The notes beneath the pieces were generated by a model. It was given only the letters and a program-made list of their open reading frames with translations. It searched no databases and was not told where the DNA came from. A program made the position numbers and the translations under genes. DNA of 64,000 nt from Callorhinchus milii (taxonomy: Eukaryota): the NCBI RefSeq assembly GCF_018977255.1, contig NW_024704742.1, positions 64,792,001 to 64,856,000 of the forward strand. The letters run 5' to 3'. Of this stretch, positions 13,101 through 23,984 are shown piece by piece. Position 1 is the first letter of the stretch; every line of letters begins with the position of its first letter.

Positions 13101-16100
13101 GAGGATACTGAACATTTTGTGAAAATCTTTCACTTGTATTCAAGCCTTAGTTTCTTGCTTTTAGACGTCTTCAGACGACGTGATAAGACGCTATATGCAA
13201 GGATTATTATTATTTTCAATTTTACACATTGAAAGCTGGATTCTGGCAATTTGACCACGTTTCCATGATCATCGGAAGTTTACATTTCACACAAACTTAA
13301 TAATAAAGTAGAAACACGGGTGATTAAAAAGTGCTTTTTTTTTTGAATGGGAGGATAATCTGAAGAAGTAGATATCTCATCAAAAAATGTTTGTCTTAAA
13401 GGAGGTAATTGGTCTGCCACGCCTGCGTCTTTACAGTGTTATGTCCATTATCCCCCTGTTGTCATGGTGGGAGGGTAAGTGTGGTCTCCTTGGAGCTGAG
13501 CTGGCTCCAAGGTGACATCTTTAGCAACAGAATGTCAAAGTCTTTAAGAGGTCTCAAAGTCCTGCACAGAATATACTGTAAAGTGAATTGACTGTATATT
13601 TTGTGGGCAGAATGTGGCAGCTAACAGTGTCCCACAAACAGTCATGAATTGAGTGACCAAATTACAATTACATTTGTTTTATTATTATTATTTTTTTTTT
13701 TTGGAGGGATTATTATCCCCAGAAAGTAATCCACCAATCAACTAACAATCGGGTTCCTACTTACTGTTAAGTAAACAGAGGCATATGGAGTAAGGAAATT
13801 TGTCTATGGTTTCACTCCATCCGGGAATCGAACCCAGATCCTCTCGTTTGCGAGGCAGTGTAATAACCACTAACCCCACATAGCTGTGATGTCCGAACTA
13901 TATTGTAGTTCACAAATCTAGGACTGAAAACACAGTCTTAAATATTGTACAATCTTAACTCATTGCTCTTATTTTCAATACCCATACCTGTNAAAAAAAC
14001 GCCACTTTTTAAAAAATATATTTTATAATGAATTGGTGATCAATTTTGCCACGGGGTGTCCAAAATACAGAAGTATACAAACTGGGATTAACACCCAACT
14101 TTATAAGCACATAAGATCCCTAAAGTCAAGCTTACCTCTAATTTGAGTTTGTTTCCTTCAGCAAGGCTTGGGTGGTTGCATTTCTGAATGCGCTCCACTA
14201 TCAAACACTGATTTTCTGTTTCCTTCCCCGTTAGCAAAGATTTCAGTTGGGATAAGGATTCAGGGACTGCAAAAAACAAAAGTGTTACAAATCAAAGGGC
14301 ACATCTTAAATACGTAGCCAATAAAATTACAATTTTTAATATTGGCTTAGGATTCTTTGTGTTCCGTTTCTATTTTCCTGAAACCAGTATTATAGCTGCA
14401 CTTCCACTTAATGACACTCGCAATGAGAAAAGGTTCTTGATTTGTCTATCAGACCCCAGGGCTAGAGTATCAAGCATGAGATCACGCTGGCCTCCCCTCA
14501 GGAGTCAACGACTTACCAGGAAAAGTGAAAGGGAGCTCAGATTTGGCCGCTGTTATCATCGCTTGCTTTTCTTCTTCAACCTGTACTTTTTCTTTAGTTG
14601 ATATAGGTTTAGCAGGTCTCTTTTTATCATTTGAATCACCCTCATTATCATCATCGCCATCATCATCATCCCCATCATCTTCTTCCTTTTCATTATCAGA
14701 CTCCAGATCTGAATGACTGTCCTCTTCCTCCTCTTCGTCACCACTATCTTCATCTTCATCTTCCTCTTCATTTTCACTATCCATCGCATTGTTACTTTCT
14801 TCCTCCTCCCCATCTTCCTCTCCCCCTTCCTCTTCTTCCTCATCCTGTTAACAAAGCAAAAGCACAAGTCAAAACTTCTTCCACCGGCTCAAATGTAATA
14901 TTGGCCACACAATGTCCCATTGTAACAACCACAAATCCATTTTCATTTAATCACATAATCAAGACATCAGGTTCTACCACAATTTTTTTTAAGATTTGAA
15001 TCAATACAGTTTGCAACAAATCTCTGGAGAAAAAAACAGATTATGAACATGTAGTAGGAAATGTGTTGCAATGCAGCAAAAAGGGCATCCTCTCATTGCT
15101 CAGCTGCTAATCGATTCCTCCGTATAATCAACAAAAACAACAAGATTACACTTGTATAGCGCCTTTAATGTCGGGAGGACGTCCCAAGGTGCTGGACAGT
15201 GTACAGCCTTTCAGACCTGAGCTGGGGTCAGGGAGGGTAAGGGAGGATAAGGGGGGTGGCTGATGGCTTGGTCGAAGAGGAGGGTCTTGAGGCGGGACTT
15301 GAAGGAGGCTAAGGAGGGGGCGAGGCGGAGTGACTGGGGGATGGAATTCCAGATGTTGGGGGCAGAGTGGCTGAAGGCTCTCCCGCCAATGGTGGTGCGG
15401 GTGGGTCGGGGGACGTGGAGTAGGCCGGAGCCGGCTGAGCAGAGGGAACGGGCGGGTTGGTAGAGAGTTAGGAGGTCACAGAGGTAGGGTGGGGCGAGGC
15501 CATGGAGGGCTTTGTATGCGAGGACCAGGATCTTGAACTGGATCCTCTGAAGGATAGGGAGCCAGTGGAGTCGGGCGATATCAATAGCCAGTAGGAAAAA
15601 CCTCCCCCCTACACTATAGTTAAGTGCTCCAAGGCGCTGCCACATGTGAAGGGCGCTATGAAGGTTATTGTAGTACAGTATCAAGCATGAGATCACCCAC
15701 ATCTAGTGCAACCCAGCAGTTACAGCCCACAGTGGCATCGTTGAAATACATTTTATTTACATAGATTCTGAAACAGGAATGAGTGAAAAATGCATTAGAG
15801 GTTCAAGTTCATTGCTGTATCCTTTTAAATCACCCAAAATCCATGCAAACTACAGTAGAGGTCTGGATGGTGATGAGAAGTAGAAGGCCAGTCTGATTAT
15901 CCCCTCCCTAACTCAGAGGCACTGGACTAATGTCCTTAATGTTGCCCTGGCTAATATGAACACAGACTGGGATTTGAACCTCCAACAATCTAGTCAGTAT
16001 GTCCTCGTGCCAAAGCAGGTAATGCCTTTATGCACTAGGCCATCAGGAGAGGAATAGGTATTTATTTTATGATAATCAAGCAACACAGGTAGAGTATATA

Positions 16101-16402
16101 ATAATAATATATAAACCCTTTTGTACTAAAGTCTCAGTCTCCACTTTACCTACTGGAGAAGATAGTCCAGATTTAACAGCCATTAACCCATACCTTGTAA
16201 GTAAGATGAAGCTTGTCATCTTTGTCCAGAATGAAGCCATCGTGCAAATCATCCGCAGACATGTGCTTCGGCCTTTTCTTGCCCCGATTTTCAAACTCTC
16301 CCCGCATTCGGCGCAATCTTTCTGCCTGAAATTCAAAGTCAAAATATCATAAATGCCCACTAATGGACAAATCATATCCCCATGTTTCAGAGTTCCCACT
16401 GC

Positions 16403-16457
<55 letters not shown>

Positions 16458-19400
16458 TTATTGAACTTACTTCAGTAATGCTTCGAAACAACCATAAATC
16501 AGTGGCAGTGACCGAAAGGCCAACAATGAAATGTAACGGATGGCGTCTGACACCTGCTGTTGCAAATAGACTCAGTCGAATGGCAATTGTGAAGACTGCA
16601 ATTATTCTTACTCACAACCAGAGGAATTCAGTGAGATTCTGTACCTCAAGTTTCTCCAGACGCTCACTCTCCTCCTTTGCCAGCTCTTCTGTAGACTTCA
16701 GTCGATCGGAGGCCTGTGCCTTCATCTCAAAGCCCAGTTCTCGGACCAGAATATCATAATCGTCAACCTAAAGGACAAGATTTTTTTTATTCAAGAAAAT
16801 GTTTGTGAAAAGCACAATTTTACTGTTGATTGATTTGTTTTCAATTTCACTTCACTCTCTAACACAACTTCTAAAAGCACCTAAACATACACATCCTGTC
16901 AGCCTGTCTCAATTGGTAGCTCTTACTCCTCTGAGTCAGAAAGTTGTGAGTTCAACATGAAAGGCCCTATATAACTGCAAATTGCATTGCAATTGAAAAT
17001 GTACTACTATAGTAGTACATCCTTACACCTAAGGAATAATCTACAATTCCAAACCAATGCAACATCTACATCCTGTAAAAAACTTCCACATTTCCCCTCT
17101 CTCCAAACAAACAGCACTTTACCCTCACCTTAACAGTATTGATAAATAATTCTTAAATTAGCATTATTGTCATTATAGTTCACAAGATCTCAAGATTGGT
17201 CTGGATGTAGAAGGTTCTTTGGCCCTTCCGATCTCATCCTTCCACAACACCCACCCCACTGTTCCCTGCTCCATCCCATTTTATAATAATAAATAATAAT
17301 AATCCTTGCATTTGATATAGCACCTTATATCACCTTATTGAAATGTCTCAAAGCGCTTCACGGAATACACTCTAAAGTGAATTGACTGTATATTTTGTGG
17401 GCAAAAACTTGAATCTTCAGTAATAGATCTTTTGAAACAAAACAACTAAGCACCTGGCATAGGTTTCCAGAGTTGTTGGGTTGAATATATTTCAAATTAT
17501 TTGCACTGGACTACTCACAGAAAGATTTAGTTTGCATCTGGATCAGTCCCAGCAGAAAATGGCCATCACATACAATCCCAAAACTGGATCCATTTTGTTT
17601 CAGAATATTGTGACAGATCAGTCTGTCAAGCCAACATCCCTGCAATCTCTCACCTTGGGCTGCTGTGGCTCTGCTTTCTTAGGTCCGGCGTTGGGAGTTT
17701 TGCAAGCCAGGAGAGAATGTACTTCTTTCCACTCTTTGTCCAGTTTCTGAGTGAGCACCAGTGCCTCCTCCCTCTGCGTCTGACGCTCGTGCTGTTGACC
17801 ACATCAAAACAAATCCATTATCAAAAACAAGCTTTAGGACCAAATGCGCTTTGCATCTTAAGACTGGATACAAAAGCAAAATAATTGAAAATTCAAATAC
17901 AGTGAACGATTCTTTTATGTTCTTATCGTTATATCTGGATACAATATAAAGTTTGGTGCAGGACATGTGCAAGTGACTGCCAGGATGGTGGAAGTCGAAC
18001 TGGATGGACCTTGGTCTTTCGTATAGCAATTCTTACGCTCTTATTTTGCCAGCTGTGCTGTTGATTGACGCACTATCATTTCCCTTGGCTACCAAAGTCT
18101 TTCTGTCCCTATGGTATAAATACCCCCAAAACAAAGACTTTGGGCACAGTATACCTTCTCCTTCTTGGATTTTGCAATAAGATCCTCAATCAACTCCTTC
18201 CGGGATTTCGGCTTGTGTTCCTCCTCCTCTTGTTCAGATGAAGTCTTTTTCCGTAGCAACCCTCCACCCCCAAAATGTGCAGCTGCGGTAAATTCAGCTG
18301 CAAAAGAGAGAGGGGGGTACTTAGCTGGCTCATAGATTAATATAGTGATCAACGGTATTTACTCAAATCTTAAGATGAAAGCAGATATGAAATAATTTTG
18401 CAGGGGAGGGGGTGGGAGAGAAAGAAACCTTACTGGAATTCTAAGGGTCTATCAATTCTAAGAAACACCCTGTTTTAATGAAAATCTTGCATCTTTGACT
18501 CGAGTAAAAAATAACAATTCTTATTAATTTAATTAAGGAATTCAACGCTGGGTTTACACTACAAAATAGCGACAAATTATTACTATTTTCACAAGATGGG
18601 TAACACTGCTGTGGTATACAAGCTCTGCTCCCCAATTCTCACTTCAAAGCTCTCAAGTACGGAGCGGACTGCTAAGGAATCATCAAATGAATGAGTTTTA
18701 AATGTTGTTCAAGATACAGTTAAAAGCTACCACCTCTACCGAGCACATGCTCAGCTGCGGTCACAAAATCGGGTATTAGTTTCAATAATCTATGCCATGA
18801 GATACGATACTTAAAATCAGGTGGCCCTCTCCACATCACTCTATTGCTGGAGCCAGAGATATAATTTTTTGCTGGTAAACTTTTTAAAAAATAAATATAT
18901 TTCCTAAGGGGAGAGGGGAAAGAGAATGCAACGTACAAATGAAAATTCTGCAGTCATGTCACATCACCAGAGGAAGGATAAAGGCAACTGGAAAAGTGTA
19001 CAGGCAAAATATGACCTCCACGTGAACTAGTCAAATCACTCACCAGAAAGTTTACCCTCTGTATCACTGTCACTGTCTGGCATATCATTCAGCTTCTCAA
19101 TGTCTGCCAGGGACTGTCCATAGTGAGTGAGCTCTTCATCTTCATTCAGATTGTACACGTTCTTCTTTGTATGGAGGCGCTGGAACAGGCCACAGAACAA
19201 TTAGGCAAACATAGAATAATAACAATCCTTCCGTTTGATAATAGTGCCTTAACAGAAGCTTGTGGAGTAAGGAAACTTGCCTAAGGGAATCAAACCCAGG
19301 TCCTCTCGATTGCAAGGTGAGAGCACTAACCACTACACTATATAAGACTCCATACAGCACTTGCATAGAAAATAGGTCATTCACTTCATGCCCTGTTTGT

Positions 19401-22400
19401 GGAACACTACTGTGCGCAATGTAGCTGCTGTATTTCTTCCACCTCCACCACATTGCCCGGATCTGACAATACCTCACCCCAAAAGCTGCCGAAACCCTTG
19501 TCCATGCCTTTGTCACCTGTCGGCTGAACTACTCTAAAGCCCTCCTTGTTGGTCTCTCCTTCTCCACTATTCACAAAATTCAGCGCATTTAAAACTCCGC
19601 CGCTCGCATTCTCACCCACACCAGACTTCATGCCCCGATTACCCCAGGCCTTGCCAAACTCCACTGACTCCCTGTCACAGAGCGGATCGATTTCAAGATC
19701 CTCACTCTCGTGTTTAAATCCCTCCATTCCTTGGCAGCCCCCTATCTCTCTAACCTCCTCTCTCCCCACAGCAGTACCCACTGCCTCCGCTCTACTGGGT
19801 CCGGCCTCCTCCGCGTCCCCCGAATCCTCCACTCCACCATCGGCGGCCGTGCCTTCAGCCATAACCCCCCGGAACTTTGAAACTCTCTCCCTCAACCCCT
19901 TCGCCTCTCCCCCTCCTTCCCCATCTTCAGGTTGCGCCTGAGGACCTTCCTTTTCGACCGCATCTATGGTCACCTCCCCCCCTCCCCCTGGCTCAGCCTT
20001 GGGCTCCACCATTGTTAAACACTCTGAGACGCCTCCCGACGTGGAGGGCACTATATAAGTGCAAGTTCTTGTTGTTGTTATCACATCATTGAGACGTCTC
20101 AAAGCGCTTCACAGAATATTTTGTAAATTGAATTAATTGTATATTTTGTGGGTGAAACGTGGCAGCCAACTGAGCACAGCAGGTGTTCCACTAACAGTCA
20201 TGGATTGAGTGGCCAATTTTTTTTAAAAAAGTGGAATTATTATCCCCAGTAAGCAATCTGCTATTCGACTAACAACGGGGTTCCTACTTATTGGTAGGTA
20301 AACAGAAGCTTGTGGAGTAAGGGAACTTGCCTAAGGGAATCAAACCCAGGTCCTCTCGCTTGTGAGGTGAGAGCACTAACCACTACACTATATAAAACTC
20401 CGTACAGCACTTACATAAAAAAATAAATCATTCACTTCATGCCCTGTTTGTGGAACACTACTGTGTGCAAATTAGCTGCTGAATTTCACCTAGAAAATGC
20501 AGTCACTGTCCTTTACAGTAAATCCTGTGAAGTGCTTTGAGATGTCCTCCTGACATGAAAGACGTTGTACCAAATGTAATGAGTAATGAATAAAAATGAG
20601 AATAATCATCATTACATTTGATATGCCGCCTTTCATGTTGTCCGTCTGAAAGCTCTTTATAATAATAATCCTTGCATTTGATATAGCGCTTTTCACGTCT
20701 TCGAGACATCTCAAAGCGCTTCACAGAATATACTATAAAGTGAATTTGACTGTATATTTTTGCACCAATTGCGCACAGCAGTGTCCCACAAACAGACATG
20801 GATTGAGTGACCAAATTATTTTTGTTTTTTTCTTGAGGGATTATTATCAGGCATATGGAGTAAGGAAACTTGCCCAAAGTGTTGCTCTGCCGGGAATAGA
20901 ACCCAGGTCTCTCGCTTGTGAAGCCAGTGCTCTAATCACTACAGGGCTCCATAAGATATATTGTAAAGTGCAGTGACTGTGGATTTTACAAGCAAATAGG
21001 TTTTGTCTGCAGGCTGTGCTGCATCTAACTAATTTGTCAAATACCCGTGAATTGACAATATTCAATGCCACCATCCAACTAAACAAGAATATCAATGGCT
21101 CCAATTTCCTCACGGTAGAAAAGACCACGATCTTAAAATTTAAGATCATGTAGATCCTTGAAAAAATCTTGATTTTCTGAGGTTCTCATTAATTACTGAG
21201 GAAAAAGAGTTTCTAAATTAAAAACAAACTCAGAAATTGGCCAACAAAAGCACTAAATAATGTTGTTTTGTATTACACAGTAAGCCATTACCTGTCTCTC
21301 CAAAGAGAATCTCTTCATCATCTTTTCTTCTGGAGTTAACTTAGTATCATATTCACCAAATCGTTTGTCAATGAAGGTATTGGCTTTGTCCTTCTCCCTG
21401 TACTCCTTCAGCAAGGTCTCAGTTCGCTAGAAGACAAATGAATAAAGTGCATTCATTTTTTCTACAAGATATGGAGCATCGCTGAAACCACTGCCCTTGA
21501 AAAACAAAAGTTGCAAATATTTTGGCTATTTGTTTGCATCAGACAGATGACTATCAAAAATTCATTGTCACAGTTAACTGAGTATATGGGTGTTCACAAA
21601 GGTCCGTTATTCCAATTTGTTGTTGTGGTTGTTTTTTTTTTTACACACAGCAACACTGACCAACAACTGAAACATTTGGAAGAAGTACTTAATTGTATTC
21701 CGTACAAGTGTTTAACTGTATTTAGACGTCCAGAGGATCGGTGTGTGTGAGCCCATCATTTTCATGGCAGTTAATTATCCGTCGCCATTTTCAGTGCGAC
21801 ATCTTCTGGAAAATGGATGGACTGATGAGGCGAAATCCATCTTAACAGCTTGTTTCAGCTCCTCCGGATTCTCATGTCACTGTTTTGTAACGGGGGTAAC
21901 AAGGACTTTGTAGATACCCTGTACTGTGACTGGAATGTATGATATGTACAGTTCTCATTTTTAATTCAAAAACACTTGTCTATTAAGTGCAAACAGTATA
22001 TTAGCATCTTTCTAAGATGCATTTGTTTAATTTAGCAGGGTGGAATTGTTCTGATTAAAAAAAATTAAATGACCGAATGAATTAGGACACATTGTGCAGC
22101 AATGTTTACAAAGTCTTCCTGTCCACCCATCTGCTGAAGGCTCATGCTGGCTTGCAGTTCCCTGAAGCAATGGACAACCTCTGTCTGGTACCTTATCCAA
22201 GTGGTCATTCTTTAAGCATGAGGTTGGACAGGAAGTAAGCAACTTGTCAAAATCCCAGGAGAACATCACAGCACAACCTGATCACTTCCCCCCTCACCTG
22301 ACACCGACACATCTCAGCAAAAAAACAGACAGCAATTAAAAAACTGAGAATAAATACTGAAAAGTACCAATCTTTTACCTTTTTGATAGATTTGGATCGG

Positions 22401-22549
22401 GATACTCCAGGCAAACCACGGTCATGTTTTGTTTTTCGTCCAAGAATCTGAAATTTCTGTTTGTTTATCTTTAATTCAAACGGGTTGGTTTTAATGTCTC
22501 GTGTGCCTTTTGTTTTCCGTACCGTATCAGAGGTTTTCTTTTTCCCCAT
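1001..22549 (-). CDS. NOP14: Nucleolar protein 14 (SSU processome / 18S rRNA maturation factor), complete 18-coding-exon gene, 866 aa
   Basis: Exons: 22549-22379, 21426-21292, 19179-19044, 18297-18155, 17791-17654, 16767-16645, 16325-16194, 14844-14517, 14266-14136, 13083-12998, 10976-10841, 9668-9567, 9187-9031, 8429-8270, 4769-4622, 3728-3610, 2620-2465, 1100-1001. All introns are GT-AG with compatible phases; total 2601 nt. Nop14 motifs: [79 protein letters not shown]. Confidence 0.96.
2465..2620 (-). CDS. NOP14: NOP14 coding exon 17 (TDYGRKQG...[18 protein letters not shown]...)
   Basis: 156 nt, |GTAAGC donor. Confidence 0.94.
3610..3728 (-). CDS. NOP14: NOP14 coding exon 16 (DLYHEVL...[11 protein letters not shown])
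   Basis: 119 nt, |GTAAGT donor. Confidence 0.93.
4622..4769 (-). CDS. NOP14: NOP14 coding exon 15 (LSFVAQCL...PTQLQ)
   Basis: 148 nt, AG/GT flanks. Confidence 0.92.
5150..5465 (-). mobile_element. Degraded L2 3' fragment
   Basis: Tail and GGTCACAGAGGTAGGG-like segment shared with the other L2 copies. Confidence 0.7.
7770..8080 (+). mobile_element. Full-length tRNA(Ala-like)-derived SINE with Deu-type core and L2-like tail
   Basis: A box TAGCTCAGTGG, B box GGTTCAATTCC, core TGCTGTGCGCAATTGGCTGCCGCG, (TTA)n tail. Confidence 0.9.
8270..8429 (-). CDS. NOP14: NOP14 coding exon 14 (YTLVPPFK...VTHF)
   Basis: 160 nt, |GTCAGT donor. Confidence 0.92.
9031..9187 (-). CDS. NOP14: NOP14 coding exon 13 (CSVTSLRD...[12 protein letters not shown]...)
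   Basis: 157 nt, AG/GT flanks. Confidence 0.93.
9567..9668 (-). CDS. NOP14: NOP14 coding exon 12 (LIYLKI...[14 protein letters not shown]...)
   Basis: 102 nt, |GTAAGT donor. Confidence 0.94.
10841..10976 (-). CDS. NOP14: NOP14 coding exon 11 ([11 protein letters not shown]...FPGLDK)
   Basis: 136 nt, phase-compatible. Confidence 0.92.
11348..11630 (-). mobile_element. tRNA-derived SINE copy (long-insert variant)
   Basis: Tail and core, plus the internal GTAGGAACCC..GTTAG segment. Confidence 0.8.
12998..13083 (-). CDS. NOP14: NOP14 coding exon 10 ([13 protein letters not shown]...)
   Basis: 86 nt, |GTGAGT donor. Confidence 0.92.
13550..13880 (-). mobile_element. tRNA-derived SINE copy (long-insert variant)
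   Basis: Core, internal segment and B box (GGAATCGAACCC on plus strand). Confidence 0.82.
14136..14266 (-). CDS. NOP14: NOP14 coding exon 9 (PESLSQL...[14 protein letters not shown])
   Basis: 131 nt, |GTAAGC donor. Confidence 0.93.
14517..14844 (-). CDS. NOP14: NOP14 coding exon 8, acidic D/E-rich region ending ELPFTFP
   Basis: 328 nt, CAG| acceptor, |GTAAGT donor; overlaps ORF 14482..14784. Confidence 0.92.
15135..15580 (-). mobile_element. LINE L2 3' fragment
   Basis: Encodes [17 protein letters not shown]...[16 protein letters not shown]...[10 protein letters not shown] (L2 ORF2 C-terminus); (TTG)n-type tail. Confidence 0.9.
15885..16050 (-). mobile_element. LF-SINE-like relic (5' tRNA head and body)
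   Basis: Minus strand GGTTCAAATCCCAGTCTGTG...AGCCAGGGCAAC...TAGGGGAGGG. Confidence 0.5.
16194..16325 (-). CDS. NOP14: NOP14 coding exon 7 (AERLRRMRG...SADDLHDGF...LTYK)
   Basis: 132 nt, AG/GT flanks. Confidence 0.93.
16403..16457. repeat. Compound palindromic microsatellite (TG)10(TA)9(CA)8
   Basis: Read directly from the sequence. Confidence 0.95.
16645..16767 (-). CDS. NOP14: NOP14 coding exon 6 ([17 protein letters not shown]...LEKLE)
   Basis: 123 nt, AG/GT flanks. Confidence 0.93.
17654..17791 (-). CDS. NOP14: NOP14 coding exon 5 (HERQTQREE...QQPK)
   Basis: 138 nt, |GTGAGA donor. Confidence 0.92.
18155..18297 (-). CDS. NOP14: NOP14 coding exon 4 ([12 protein letters not shown]...KSKKEK)
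   Basis: 143 nt, phase-compatible, HFGGG motif. Confidence 0.93.
19044..19179 (-). CDS. NOP14: NOP14 coding exon 3 ([24 protein letters not shown]...)
   Basis: 136 nt, CAG| acceptor, |GTGAGT donor. Confidence 0.93.
19437..20079 (+). mobile_element. LINE L2 3' fragment
   Basis: [16 protein letters not shown] and ERIDFKIL remnants; tail GCACTATATAAGTGCAAG(TTG)n. Confidence 0.88.
20659..20950 (-). mobile_element. Full-length tRNA-derived SINE (same family)
   Basis: Reverse complement of the 7770/41891/46474 copies. Confidence 0.88.
21292..21426 (-). CDS. NOP14: NOP14 coding exon 2 (RTETLLKEY...FSLERQ)
   Basis: 135 nt, AG/GT flanks, FIDKRFGEY motif. Confidence 0.93.
22110..22290 (-). mobile_element. 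LF-SINE-like relic (3' half)
   Basis: Minus strand AAGAATGACCACTTGGATAAGGTACCAGA...CCAGCATGAGCCTTCAG resembles the LF-SINE 3' region as I recall it. Confidence 0.55.
22379..22549 (-). CDS. NOP14: NOP14 coding exon 1 (MGKKKTSD...SRSKSIKK)
   Basis: ATG at 22549; donor AAG|GTAAAA. An upstream acceptor (TTTTTCCTCCTTTCAG|, exon would start at 22596) implies a further 5' non-coding exon. Confidence 0.92.
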
Positions 22550-22949
22550 TGTTCAGAATACTTCCAAAAAATACTTTTACATGAAATTGCTATACACTGA
22601 AAGGAGGAAAAAAATAATTTTATTTTCAGAATCTGGCACCTGTAATTGAGCACACTGTCTCCTGCCGCCTCCCTCCTTCTCTCGGACTCACCAACCCTTC
22701 TCACACACAGGATCAGTGTAAGGGGAGGTAGGTGGTCCCCTTGGAGCTGAAGTGGCTCCTGTTGACTTGTTTGGTCACTGGGAGCAGGGAGTCTTTCCAC
22801 TCAGTTCCTGTTAATTTGGTCAAGCCAAAGCTTTAACAAGTAATGCAATTAAACATCAAATGAGTAGCTGATTAAACTCCAACAGTTACACCAAAACACT
22901 CTCTGGGCTCATGCCAACCTGCACCTGATACTCTTTGGAATGAGGAAAA

Positions 22950-23935
22950 GCAACGACAAATTTACATTTATGAAGCGCCTTTCCCATCGGTAGGATGTCC
23001 GACAGCGCGAGACACTCCAGGGTTTGCAACCGAGTTGGGGGTTGGAGTCAAGGTGGGGTGGGGGAGTGGGTTTGGGAAAGATGACCAAAGGTGAGCTCAA
23101 GGAGGAACGTCTTGAGGCGAGGGATGGGGCAAATCGTAGGGGCTCCAGGATGAAGCTCCAGAGAGCAGGGGCAGATACGCTGAAAGACTGCATCCCTCCT
23201 GGGGGCGAGTGTGCATTCCTGGCAGACATGGGGATCTCCATGAGGAGGAGGGCTGCACGGCCGCGCGGCCAGGGCAGCGTCCCAGACAGCCTGACACCGA
23301 GCCGGGGGGGGAGGGGACCATTGGGACAGTCAAACAGGGAGGTCTTCAGGTGTGATGTGAAGATGGGGAAGGAAGGGGTGAGGCGGGGAGAGAGGGGGGG
23401 GGGAAAAAGGGAGGAGGGGGAGAAGGAAAGAGGGAGGGGGGAGAGAGGAAGGGAGAGAGGGAGGGGGAGAGGGAGGGGGAGAGGGAGAGAGGGAGGGGGA
23501 GAGAGGGGAAGGGAGAGAGAGAGGGGGGAGAGGGAGGGGGGAGAGGGAGAGAGGGAGGGGGAGAGAGGAGGGGAGAGGGAGAGAGGGAGGGGGGAGAGGG
23601 GGGGGGAGGGGGGGGGGAGAGGGGAGGGGGGAGAGGGAGAGAGGGGAGAGGGAGGGGGGAGAGAGGGGAAGGGAGAGGGTTTGAGGAGTTAAGGGAGATG
23701 AAGTGATGGTCCGAGATTGCTTTGTCGATGATGGTGAGGTCCAAGACGATGAGGCCCCGAGTGATCACCAGGTCAAGAGGGTGACCGCAGATGTGGGTGG
23801 CAGAGTGGATGTAGAGGAAGAGATTGAGGGAGTAGATTAGGGAGAAGTCAACAGAAGTAGAGCAAGAGGGGTGAAGTGAAGGTTGAAGTTGCCAAGGATG
23901 AGTAGGCGTTCAGAGCAGAGGGAGAGGGAAGATAT
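22950..23935 (-). mobile_element. L2 remnant: APE endonuclease fragment, low-complexity tract and 3' end
   Basis: Minus strand reads ILGNFNLHF, THICGHPLDLVITRG and ISDHHFI (APE motifs), then SVSAPALW-type 3' end and tail. Confidence 0.78.
23360..23695. repeat. Polypurine (G/A) low-complexity tract
   Basis: About 330 bp almost exclusively G/A on the plus strand. Confidence 0.95.
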
Positions 23936-23984
23936 GAGGGTATATTATTTTTGTATATTTATTTTATATTTTATATATTTCCCT

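Noticed and set aside
14525..14999. His-rich, Ser-rich and Lys/Met-rich ORFs
   Set aside because: Alternative frames and antisense of the low-complexity acidic NOP14 exon 8.
19407..20102. 231-aa minus-strand ORF and similar long ORFs at 25073, 26955, 44650 and 15211
   Set aside because: These are sense or antisense frames of degraded L2 3' fragments, not host genes.
23024..23768. Long ORFs of 222 aa (G/E/R-rich) and 140 aa (P/S/L-rich)
   Set aside because: They arise from the stop-free polypurine tract and L2 remnants.
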